Notes: generated from the sequence alone by a model not told the origin. A stretch of DNA of 15,805 nucleotides from Candidatus Multivoradales bacterium (GCA_965223155.1 CBDCVR010000002.1:1-15805), one strand, 5' to 3'. Shown: positions 1 to 8,100, numbered from the stretch's first letter. Translations and numbers: made by a program.

Positions 1-1
1 C

Positions 2-838
2 ATCCTCGAGAACGAGACCGTGACCCCGCTCGGGGGGACGGCCACTAGTACCTCCACCCTCGCCTACCTGACCACCGACCACCTCGGCACCCCGGTCCTC
101 GCCACCGACGACTCCGGCATCACCACCTGGGCCGGAGGCTTCGCACCCTTCGGGGACGACTGGCAGGCGCAGGCCGGTACCGGGGCGAGTGAGGCGGGGG
201 TCTTTCTGAGGTTTCCCGGGCAATGGGACGATGCGGCCTGGGGCGGGGCGGGAGCGGGGGCGGGGGCCGCCAGCGCCTCAGACCCGGGCCTCTACTACAA
301 CGTCCACAGGTGGTATGAATACCAGACCGGGAGGTACTCAAGAGCTGATCCAGTAGGCCTTCAAGAAGACGATCACTCGCTCTACGGTTACGGGATCCTC
401 AATCCCATCTTCAACGCCGATCCTTTCGGCCTCGCCTCGCTCGCGCCGGGCCAAAAGTGCAAGCGATTTGAAAAGGCCAAACGGAAATTGCAGAAGCTCC
501 TCCCAAACTGTGAGTGCCTAAAGTATTTCCGCGACGAACTTGGGGCGGATCTACCGGAACTAATCAACGGACCACTACCTCAAGTCAAGATCAGGCAAGG
601 CCCTGGAAGCGCCAGCACCCCGTGCGGTAAGGACCCTGGGGCTATCTGGATAAACCCCCGGTTCTGTGGCCTCGGCTACACAAAGACATTGCGCAATATT
701 CTGCTTCACGAGCTAGCTCATTTCGCGGACTGCGATAGGCAGAGATTTCCTCCCGGCGGTCCCACTGAAGAGGGTGCCGAAGCAGAACGAGCGTGCTTTG
801 GGAAGTCCATTGATTCAAAAGCCCGACCTAGGTCATGA
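2..838 (+). CDS. Rhs core C-terminal part plus C-terminal toxin with HExxH zinc-metallopeptidase-like motif (5' end lies outside the window)
   Basis: Rhs-associated core motifs YLTTDHLGTP, LRFPGQW, YYNVHRWY, GRYSRADPVG and DPFGL (419-433). These are followed by a 134-aa lower-GC tail containing LLHELAHF (HELAH at 707-721). The frame is open back to base 2. Confidence 0.92.
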   Translation: MLENETVTPLGGTATSTSTLAYLTTDHLGTPVLATDDSGITTWAGGFAPFGDDWQAQAGTGASEAGVFLRFPGQWDDAAWGGAGAGAGAASASDPGLYYNVHRWYEYQTGRYSRADPVGLQEDDHSLYGYGILNPIFNADPFGLASLAPGQKCKRFEKAKRKLQKLLPNCECLKYFRDELGADLPELINGPLPQVKIRQGPGSASTPCGKDPGAIWINPRFCGLGYTKTLRNILLHELAHFADCDRQRFPPGGPTEEGAEAERACFGKSIDSKARPRS

Positions 839-1374
839 CAACTAGACACAAACTTGCTGGCCTTCTTTTTTTGGCCGTCGGCACGTTCACAAGCACTGGT
901 TGCTCCGCATTTCAGCCGGACCAAATCAACACGACAGGGCTGACGATTGTTCTCTCGGTCCGTGCTAACAGCGAGTCTCCTAGCCCTGTGGCTCGAATCG
1001 AAATTGAGAACGTATCGGAGCGGCAAGTTGCGTTCTCAAAGACATTCGGCATTACAAATGGGCCTTGGCTTCGGCTCCATATCGAAGCTAGCGACGGGAG
1101 ACGGATCTATTACCCCATGGAAGTCGACTTGTTCGACCCGCCCTCCTATCGTTGCCTGTCTCCAGGCGAGCGGATCGTGTGGGAAATTGACCTTCTGGAC
1201 TGGAATGTGGAGGTCGGAGGCAAGGCAAGAGGAGAGGAGAATTTGAGCTTTGATCTACCGCCGGGCCAATACCGAGCCCAGGCGTCCTATTCAGAGCCAG
1301 CGGGAACACGTGCACGCTGCGCCGCTATTAACGGCGTGTCGAAATCGGATTGGGTGCTATTCGAAACGGAGTGA
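835..1374 (+). CDS. Putative cognate immunity lipoprotein
   Basis: ATGA overlap with the toxin stop (835-838). The N-terminus MTTRHKLAGLLFLAVGTFTSTGC has basic residues, a hydrophobic stretch and a lipobox-like Cys. The body is beta-rich. Confidence 0.78.
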   Translation: MTTRHKLAGLLFLAVGTFTSTGCSAFQPDQINTTGLTIVLSVRANSESPSPVARIEIENVSERQVAFSKTFGITNGPWLRLHIEASDGRRIYYPMEVDLFDPPSYRCLSPGERIVWEIDLLDWNVEVGGKARGEENLSFDLPPGQYRAQASYSEPAGTRARCAAINGVSKSDWVLFETE

Positions 1375-1409
1375 TTCCCGTAGGGTCCGAATTCAGATCC
1401 CGCCGGAAA

Positions 1410-1483
1410 GACTGCGGTGCGTGTTTCCGTAACTGCAGGAACAACGGCGGAAATGGCCGTCCGACAAATGCCCGCTACCATGA
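1410..1483 (+). pseudogene. Possible remnant of a Cys-rich toxin C-terminus
   Basis: Reads DCGACFRNCRNNGG, then after a 1-nt frameshift near 1452 WPSDKCPLP-stop. The TGA at 1481-1483 overlaps an ATG at 1480, the same ATGA coupling as the intact toxin/immunity pairs. Confidence 0.4.
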
Positions 1484-1544
1484 GCACCGAGAACTCAACC
1501 GAAGCCGAATGGCTAGAGTGGATCGAGGTCCAGAAACTGCGTAG

Positions 1545-2054
1545 TTTTTTCAACCGCTTCGTCACTGGCTCGGAGTTCTTTTCGTTTTGCTCGCAGGGTG
1601 CTTCCACCTCGCATGCGTCGTGGCCAAGTCCCCATCCGCAGGTTATTTCTCTTCGCTGGACTACCAGGCCTGCGACACCTTGCGACAATCTCTCTTCAAG
1701 GAAGACCTGTCGCTTCTCTCCAACGAGGAGATCGAGATCATCCTGTCTTCCAAGATCGAGCTGCCGCGTGACGCGCGGTTGGCGCTGCTTCAACTAGGCG
1801 GGGATCCTCACGTGTTGGTACTGCCGGCGCCGGATGCCGAGGAGGACCAATCTCTGGCGGCGCTGTTTGAACGTCTTGCAGCCGCCGAGCGCCTTTCATC
1901 GGTGACTCTCCTGCCGTCGCTTCTGGTTCCTTCGACGCTTTCCGTTGCGAAGCTACGGGAAGCCGCCGCGCGCTTTCAAGCGGACCTCCTCTTCAGCTAC
2001 CGGACGCCCTGCCAGCAGTATCACCGAAATCGCTTCCTCAGGGAAATCCGCTGA
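1545..2054 (+). pseudogene. Lipoprotein gene lacking a proper start, possibly also C-terminally truncated
   Basis: The frame upstream of the listed TTG (1587) reads FFQPLRHWLGVLFVLLAGC, a signal peptide with an LAGC lipobox. It is closed by an in-frame TAG at 1542-1544 with no start codon before the hydrophobic stretch. Confidence 0.5.
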
Positions 2055-2117
2055 CAGGATACCTATTTCAAGGGAAGAATCCGGCCGCAAAGGGACACTC
2101 GAAATATGTATCCTTCT
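2052..2117. repeat. Imperfect inverted repeat whose right arm is the IS insertion site
   Basis: Left arm TGACA-GGATAC-C-TATTTC (2052-2069). Right arm GAAATA-T-GTATCC-(TTC)-TGTCA, completed only when 2101-2117 is joined to 3477-3480. Confidence 0.75.
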
Positions 2118-2131
2118 ATGAGTCGGTCGGT
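2118..2131. repeat. Sub-terminal inverted repeat, right end (IRR)
   Basis: ATGAGTCGGTCGGT, the exact reverse complement of 3456-3469. Confidence 0.93.
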
Positions 2132-2134
2132 TGG

Positions 2135-2160
2135 CGTCAAGAGTTTCGTTTCTTCTTTTT
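2135..2160 (-). promoter_or_regulatory. Outward-facing -35 hexamer with A-rich upstream tract, a candidate half of a circle-junction promoter
   Basis: The minus strand reads AAAAAGAAGAAACGAAACTC-TTGACG just inside IRR. The best -10 candidate across the junction (TAGATG, 16-nt spacer) is weak. Confidence 0.45.
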
Positions 2161-2370
2161 GTAGTTTTCCTTAGGTTTGGATCGAGGCTTGGGACGAGCT
2201 TCTATTCGCACTCTGTAGGGTTCTTCTTTGAACCGGTGCATGGTGAGTTTTGCGTCCGTTTAGGAATCGATGCTCCCATCTGTCACACGGTGTCGGGGCC
2301 ACCAAGGATACTTTCGGAGTCATCGAACCTCTCAATCCGTCCTTGCTTGTTGGTCGTCTAGTTATCTCTT
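2160..2370 (-). ncRNA. Putative bridge/seek RNA of the IS1111-group element (ends approximate)
   Basis: Unit 1 (2326 to 2267): ucgaug-a-cucc-gaaa-GUAUCCUU-ggug-loop-cacc-gu-GUGACAGA-ug-ggag-caucga, where both 8-mers match the IS flanks. Unit 2 (2257 to 2192): ggacg-caaaacucaccau-gcac...gugc-gaAUAGAAGcu-cgucc, with a partial match to the element end. Confidence 0.85.
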
Positions 2371-3384
2371 CTACGCTGCCTTGGGAAAGGCTCGGAAGCT
2401 CTCACCTGTCACCCACAGCCTGTGGAGCAACACCGCGATCTTCCTAGCTAGCGCGACCACGGCCTTGCCCTTACCCAGCCTCTCGACCAGGCCCTCAGCC
2501 CATCTCTTGAGTGACGACTCTTTGCGACAGTTCAACGCCGCATGAGCTGCCTGCACCAAGAGTCTGCGCATCTCCGAGTCGCCCTCGCGAGTGATCCGGC
2601 CCCTGACCTCATGCCCTCCTGAGCTGCGAAGCGACGGTCTCAAGCCCAGACACGCTCCGACGTCGCGGCTTTTCTCGAACCGATCCGGACGATCCATCCA
2701 GCCGACGAACGCAAGGCTCACCAGAGGCCCCACACCAGGAACCGTCTGCAGCCGACGGACCAGCTCGTTTGATCTCGACTCGGAGATGAGGTCGTCTTCG
2801 AGATGGTGGATCCGATCGGTCAGCTCGCCGATTGTCGTTACCAGAGGTTCGAGCGCTCCCAACAGGCCGGCTTCGACCGACATCGACGCGTACCGAGCCA
2901 CGAAGCTCTTCGCCGGACATGAGGGCACTCGGTAGCCCTGTGCCCGCAGCGTTCCGCGTACGGAGTTGATCAGCGAGGTCCTGGTCTTCACCAGACTCGT
3001 TCGGACCCGAAGACGCGTCCGAAGCTCTTGGGCCTCACCTGTGCGCTGGTAGACTGGTCGAAGCAAACCCAGATCCAACCGGCTCAAACGAGCCAGGATC
3101 TCGGCGTCGATTCCGTCCGTCTTCAGGGTCGATTCCGCGATCAGACGTACCCGGCGTGGATTGACCACCATCACCTCATGGCCGAGCTCAGACAGCAGTC
3201 GATAGACCCAGGGTGTGACCGGACCGCTCTCGAGCGTCACCTGCGAGCGTTCCCGATTGGCGAAGAACCTTCGCAGGCCCGTCTCGGTCGTCGGAACCCG
3301 CCGGCGAACCGTCACCTCACCGTCTTCTGATACGCCACACACCTCGCTGTACTTCGAGTGAACATCGATGCCAAGATACTCCAT
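2371..3384 (-). CDS. IS110-family transposase/recombinase, 337 aa
   Basis: RuvC-like DEDD residues (GIDVH, TLES, KTDGIDA), TVPGVG motif, and the Tnp-domain serine motif GLRPSLRSSGG followed by GRITREGD. Start placed at ATG 3384 (MEYLGIDV) because AAAGGAG lies just upstream. Confidence 0.96.
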   Translation of the reverse strand: MEYLGIDVHSKYSEVCGVSEDGEVTVRRRVPTTETGLRRFFANRERSQVTLESGPVTPWVYRLLSELGHEVMVVNPRRVRLIAESTLKTDGIDAEILARLSRLDLGLLRPVYQRTGEAQELRTRLRVRTSLVKTRTSLINSVRGTLRAQGYRVPSCPAKSFVARYASMSVEAGLLGALEPLVTTIGELTDRIHHLEDDLISESRSNELVRRLQTVPGVGPLVSLAFVGWMDRPDRFEKSRDVGACLGLRPSLRSSGGHEVRGRITREGDSEMRRLLVQAAHAALNCRKESSLKRWAEGLVERLGKGKAVVALARKIAVLLHRLWVTGESFRAFPKAA

Positions 3385-3462
3385 GGTCGGTCTCCTTTCT
3401 CGGCTCTGATGCCGATTCTTGGTTATCTCCAACTGGCACAGTGTCCCAGCTGGAGACCGACC
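3385..3462 (-). promoter_or_regulatory. Transposase RBS with an anti-SD inverted repeat
   Basis: GGTCGGTCTCC (3385-3395) and GGAGACCGACC (3452-3462) form a perfect 11-bp inverted repeat. On the minus-strand RNA it covers the GGAG Shine-Dalgarno up to the ATG. Confidence 0.7.
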
Positions 3463-3469
3463 GACTCAT
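3456..3469. repeat. Sub-terminal inverted repeat, left end (IRL)
   Basis: ACCGACCGACTCAT, the reverse complement of 2118-2131. Confidence 0.93.
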
Positions 3470-3507
3470 CTCATCTGTCACCGAATTCGCGAGCAAAGAA
3501 TGTAGAA

Positions 3508-3807
3508 ATGCCAGTAGCCCTACTCTACGTGATTCAATACTTCGTCTGGTTTGGTGGCCTCGCTGTTTGGCCAACGCTGCGACTGTTGCAAGGGACGAGC
3601 CGGGCAGAAGACCTCCTGCTCGGATCAATCTTCTTTCTGCACATTGTGGCCCAGACTTGGGCTCTCCGCCTGGTTGCGTCTTGTCGGGACACTACGCCCG
3701 ATTGGCTGCATTGCTTGATCGTCCCATTCTTGGTTGGCGTTCTCTCTATTATCGCTTCAGCGGTCGTCTTAGGGGTTACGCGCCACAAGCGTAAATCCCC
3801 GAAGTAG
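3508..3807 (+). CDS. Small membrane protein (about 3 TM), possible orphan immunity protein
   Basis: MPVALLYVIQYFVWFGG... has three hydrophobic segments and a basic tail. The longer listed ORF (from 3358) starts inside the IS, so ATG 3508 is preferred. Confidence 0.55.
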   Translation: MPVALLYVIQYFVWFGGLAVWPTLRLLQGTSRAEDLLLGSIFFLHIVAQTWALRLVASCRDTTPDWLHCLIVPFLVGVLSIIASAVVLGVTRHKRKSPK

Positions 3808-3867
3808 CCACAGTTCCCGACGACCCGTAGGACGAATGAACGCTCGGAAAGTTTCGTCGTCATCGGG

Positions 3868-4086
3868 ATGCTGAGCATCGCGTTGCCACTCGCGAGCGTC
3901 GCGCTCGTACTGGTAAGAGCTGCCTTTCAACCGAGTGAGCCAGTACCTAGAATCGGCAATTTCATGCTGCTTTCTTATGTGGTCTTCTTTCGTCTTCTTT
4001 CTCCTGCAATACGCACACGCGATTTGGGTCGCTCGAGGCATCTACTGGTACCTCAATATCTGGAAAGCAGTGGCGAAGAAAAGTAG
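3868..4086 (+). CDS. Small hydrophobic protein, possibly 5'-damaged
   Basis: Two hydrophobic segments. The hydrophobic reading continues upstream (FVVIG), and an out-of-frame ATG at 3836 could be the original start. Confidence 0.35.
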   Translation: MLSIALPLASVALVLVRAAFQPSEPVPRIGNFMLLSYVVFFRLLSPAIRTRDLGRSRHLLVPQYLESSGEEK

Positions 4087-4115
4087 CATTCGGCACTCAC
4101 TCTGATGTGCGTTGC

Positions 4116-4574
4116 ATGAAACAAGCGCGAAACATCGCGAGAAGTGTCGCAGCCTTGCTACTCCTTCTTGTTTCGATACTCGCTTGTTCCACTCGCTGGG
4201 ACGACCCCGAGCTCACTGAACTGTTGAAGCAGCTGGACTCCGGACAAGTAGAAATTTCGGCTTCAACAACGAACTCTCTTTCAAGAGAGGAGGTGGCTGA
4301 GTTTCTCGATCGTCTAGTCTTGCTGGCTCCCGCTCCTAGCATTGGCCGGGTCAGCGCGTGGCACGAGTTCTGTCGATTCACGGTCGAAACAGAAGAATCC
4401 GAATCGCTTTTGATCAAAGTGGCAACGAGGGACTCCCTGAGTGGTCAGTCCATCGTTATTGTTAGAGATCAACGCAGCAGTTCGCCAAGGATGAGCTTCC
4501 ATGCTGGCGCATCTTTCCATGCTTGGCTCGTTGGCAGGCATCTTTGTCCTACCAAGTTGCAGCAACAACGCTGA
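4116..4574 (+). CDS. Putative lipoprotein, orphan immunity candidate
   Basis: MKQARNIARSVAALLLLLVSILAC signal peptide with an ILAC lipobox, 152 aa. Confidence 0.68.
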   Translation: MKQARNIARSVAALLLLLVSILACSTRWDDPELTELLKQLDSGQVEISASTTNSLSREEVAEFLDRLVLLAPAPSIGRVSAWHEFCRFTVETEESESLLIKVATRDSLSGQSIVIVRDQRSSSPRMSFHAGASFHAWLVGRHLCPTKLQQQR

Positions 4575-4633
4575 ACACGTGCCCAGTCCCTCAGACCCAA
4601 GGGGTCATCCAGGCGGGTGACCGGCCCCTCTCG

Positions 4634-5104
4634 ATGAGGCAGTCCAGTTTCACTCGGACGTTCGGCTTGGTGGCATTGCCCGTGTCGTGCTTTATGACAC
4701 TGGTTGCCGTTCTTAATGCGATTCTCATCTGCTTGTTCGAGCCCGACATCAATTCTTCAGATGCGAGCTTCAGTTCCGGGGCATCTCGGTTCGTCATCGA
4801 TTACCTTGAGGTATTCCTCGGGGCTTTTCTTCTGTATTCCATTCTGGGACTCGTGGGATCGATCGGATTGGTCCGGGGCCGCAGGTGGGGGCGACTTGTC
4901 TGGATTGTCCTACTCAGCCTAGGAATTTTCTGGTGTCTGAGCGCCGTCCTGCTTGAGATCCTGTACTTCCCGGGCCCCAACATTTCGCCATCGTCCGGGC
5001 TTCGCTCCCTAGACCCCGCGCTCTTTCAGTGGGTCATCGTTGCGTTCGGCCTAGCGTTGGCAGCTTCTCTTTCCTGGCTACTATCTCGTCTCCTGAGGAA
5101 TTGA
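4634..5104 (+). CDS. Integral membrane protein (about 4 TM), orphan immunity candidate
   Basis: Four hydrophobic helices with a GLVRGRRWGR loop. ATG 4634 is preferred over the overlapping upstream start. The stop lies immediately before the Rhs homology begins. Confidence 0.65.
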   Translation: MRQSSFTRTFGLVALPVSCFMTLVAVLNAILICLFEPDINSSDASFSSGASRFVIDYLEVFLGAFLLYSILGLVGSIGLVRGRRWGRLVWIVLLSLGIFWCLSAVLLEILYFPGPNISPSSGLRSLDPALFQWVIVAFGLALAASLSWLLSRLLRN

Positions 5105-5129
5105 GGACCCTTCGAGCGGCAAGGCCCGC

Positions 5130-8100
5130 GTGACCTCGATTGCGGGCGACTGCCCGGCCTGCGGCCTCGGACCCAACAGCCAGCTCGTCTACGACGACCC
5201 GGACCATCCGCTGCTCCCTACCCGCTCGATCGACGGCCGCGGCACGGTCACGGCCATGGCCTACGACGCCAACGGCCGCATGACCTCGAGGACCGAAGCC
5301 CTCGGCACTCCTGAGGAGCGCACCACGGCTTGGAGCTACGACGATCCGGCCTTCCCGGCCGTCGCCACCACAATCGAAGAGCCCTCGACAACTGCCGGAG
5401 CCAGTGGAGCCAGTGGAGCCAGCCGCACCACGACCCTCGTTCTCGGCGCCGACGGCCATCCCACCACCCGCACCGTCTCGGGGGTCGAGGCCGCAAGCGC
5501 CTTCTCGCTTACCACCACCACCACCTACACCGCCGAGGGCCAGATCGAGACGATCGATCCGCCCGGCTTCGGCACCGACGACGTCACCGTCTTTACCTAC
5601 GACCCCGCCCGGGGCGGCCAGATCCCGCTCTCCCGCACCGACCCCGTCCTCGGCAGCCTTCCGAACGGAGGCGCCACCACCTACGCCTACGACCCCTTCA
5701 ACCGCCGAACCTCGGTCACCGACCCCAACGGCGTCGAGACCGTCACCGCCTACGACGCCGCCGACCGCGTGACCTTCGTCACCCACAAGGGCACGACCGC
5801 CGCCGAGGACCTCGTCACCGAGAACCGCTACAACGCCTTCGGGGACCTCGCCCTCACCATCCTGCCTCAAGGCAACGCCATCGAGTACGCCTACGACTCC
5901 GCCGGACGCCTGACCTCGATCGGGCGCGGCCCCGCCCCCGGGGCCCTCCTCGAAAGGACCCTCTACGAGCTCGACGCCGCCGGCAACCGCACCCGCGAGA
6001 CGCTCCAGGGCTTCGACGGCTCGGCCTGGACCACCGCCTCCGAGACCGCCTACCTCTACGACTCCCGATGCCAGCTCGACAAGATCGTCCGCGCCCCCGG
6101 AACCCCCCAAGAAGCCGTCACCGAGTACCGCTACGACTGCAACGGCAACCTCGAATCCCTCTGGGACGCCAACCACTCCTCGGCCTCCGATCCCCCGACC
6201 CAGAGCTACACCTACGACCGCCTGGACCGGTTGACCGGGATCGACCAGCCCTGGGCAACTGGGCAACCAGGAGAGATGGCAACCACCACCTACGCCTACG
6301 ACGTCCAGGACCACCTCGTTGCCGTCACCGACGCCGAGGGCAACACCACCGCCTACGTCTACTCCGACCGGGATCTTCTGACCCGCCAGGACTCCCCAGT
6401 CTCCGGGGCCTCGACCTTTGCCTACAACGACCACGGCGAGCTCGTCTCCGAAACCGACGGCCGCGGGGTCACCACCACCCGGACCATCGACGCCGCCCGC
6501 AGGGTGACCTTCGTCGATTCCGAAGAGAACGCCCTCGATACCGCCTACACGTACGACGACCCCGCCGTTGCCTTCTCGGCCGGACGCTTGACCGCTATCT
6601 CCCGCAACGGCCACTCCATCGACTACGCTTACGACCGCTTCGGACGCACCATCCAGGACGGCACCCTCGCCTACGCCTACGACACGAACGGCAACCGCAC
6701 CGCAGTCACCTACCCAGGCGGCGTCACCGCCACGACCACCCACGACTACGCCGACCGGGAGGAGACCCTGGCCGTCACGGATGGCGGCAGCGGAGGAGGC
6801 ACCACCAACCTCGTGACCGCCGCCGCCTATCTCCCCTCGGGCCCCCTCACCTCCCTCGCCCTCGGCAACGGCTTGGCCGAGACCCGATCCTTCGACTCGA
6901 GGTACTTCCCGGCCGGCATCACCGTCCCCGGACGACTCGACTGGACCTACTCGACCGACACGATCGGCAACATCCTAGAGATCGCTGACACCGGAGGAGG
7001 AGGCGACCGAACCTACACCTACCAGGACGTCCACTACTTCCTCACCTCGGGCACCGGACCCTGGGGCAGCCTGGCCTTCACCTACGACAAGATCGGCAAC
7101 CGGTTGTCTGAGACCCGGGACGCCGGCGGTTCTCCCCAGAACCGGCCCTACGCCTACCCGGCTTCGCCTTCAGGAGGCAACCTCCCCAAGCTCGCCTCGA
7201 TCACGGACCCCGCGGGAGACCGTCTCGAGCGCTTCTTCTTCGACGACGCCGGCAACCAGACCTACCGCGCCACTCAGACCGCCAAGCACCGGCTGAGCTA
7301 CGATGCCCTGGGACGGATGAGCCAGATCAAGACCGACTCGGACGAGACCGCCGGGGCCCTCGTCACCCTCGCCTACGACGGCAGAAGCTTCCTCCGGGAG
7401 GCCACTCGAAGCCCCTTCCCCGGCCAGCCCGCCACCGTCACCACCAACCCCACCTACAGCTCCGACGGGCGCCTCATGCACAAGGCGACGAGCGAGGTGC
7501 TGGGACCGGACGACCCGAGAGGCGAGGGGAGTGCCACCAGCGACGCCTACGTCCTCTACTTCGCCGGCAGGCCGGCCGGCATCCTCGACAATGAGACCGT
7601 AATTCCACTCGGTGGACCGCCGACCAGCACCTCGACCCTCACCTACTTGACCACCGACCACCTCGGCACCCCCGTCCTCGCCACCGACGCCAGTGGAGCC
7701 AGTACCTGGAGTGGAGGCTTTGAGCCCTTCGGGGACGACTGGCAGGCGCAGGCCGGTACCGGGGCGAGTGAGGCGGGGGTCTTTCTGAGGTTTCCCGGGC
7801 AATGGGACGATGCGGCCTGGGGCGGGGCGGGAGCGGGGGCGGGGGCCGCTAGTGCCTCAGACCCGGGCCTCTACTACAACGTCCACAGGTGGTACGAGCC
7901 GGGGACGGGGAGGTATGGGAGGGTCGATCCGCTGGGGTTGGTTGCTGATATCCATCTCTATCGCTACGCGAAGCAGGACCCCTTGACTTGGATCGATCCT
8001 CTCGGGTTGCAGCTTGTGAAACCTCCTGACATTCCCTACTTTGAGCCACCTGGTGACAACCTACCCCCCAACTGTTCGGCTGGACCCTGGGTCTTCGATG

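Larger units (their letters stand above)
2115..3476 (-). mobile_element. IS110-family insertion sequence, IS1111 group
   Basis: IS110 transposase. Perfect 14-bp sub-terminal inverted repeats at 2118-2131 and 3456-3469, lying 3 and 7 nt inside a TCT trinucleotide present at both ends (2115-2117, 3474-3476). Long non-coding end downstream of the transposase and short end upstream. Confidence 0.93.

Noticed and set aside
2048-2117. Canonical integron attC site
   Set aside because: It lacks RYYYAAC/GTTRRRY ends, and no integrase or second copy is in the window. Kept only as an unclassified palindrome.
2131-2545. Short plus-strand ORFs over the IS right end
   Set aside because: No RBS or protein features. 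The region is better explained as structured RNA on the minus strand.
3385-3432. 16-aa N-terminal extension of the transposase in the ORF track
   Set aside because: The strong SD and the family-typical MEYLGID start place initiation at 3384.
2115-3476. TCT at both IS ends read as a classical target-site duplication
   Set aside because: IS110-family elements recombine through a shared core. One copy is better explained as donor-derived.
3358-3507. N-terminal part of ORF 3358-3807
   Set aside because: It begins inside the IS and crosses the junction, so it is a chance in-frame extension.
5034-6988. Long antisense and alternate-frame ORFs (5034-6743 minus, 5330-6988 plus)
   Set aside because: Shadow ORFs caused by the extreme C-ending codon bias of the Rhs core. 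The products are low-complexity (Gly/Val or Arg/Pro/His rich).
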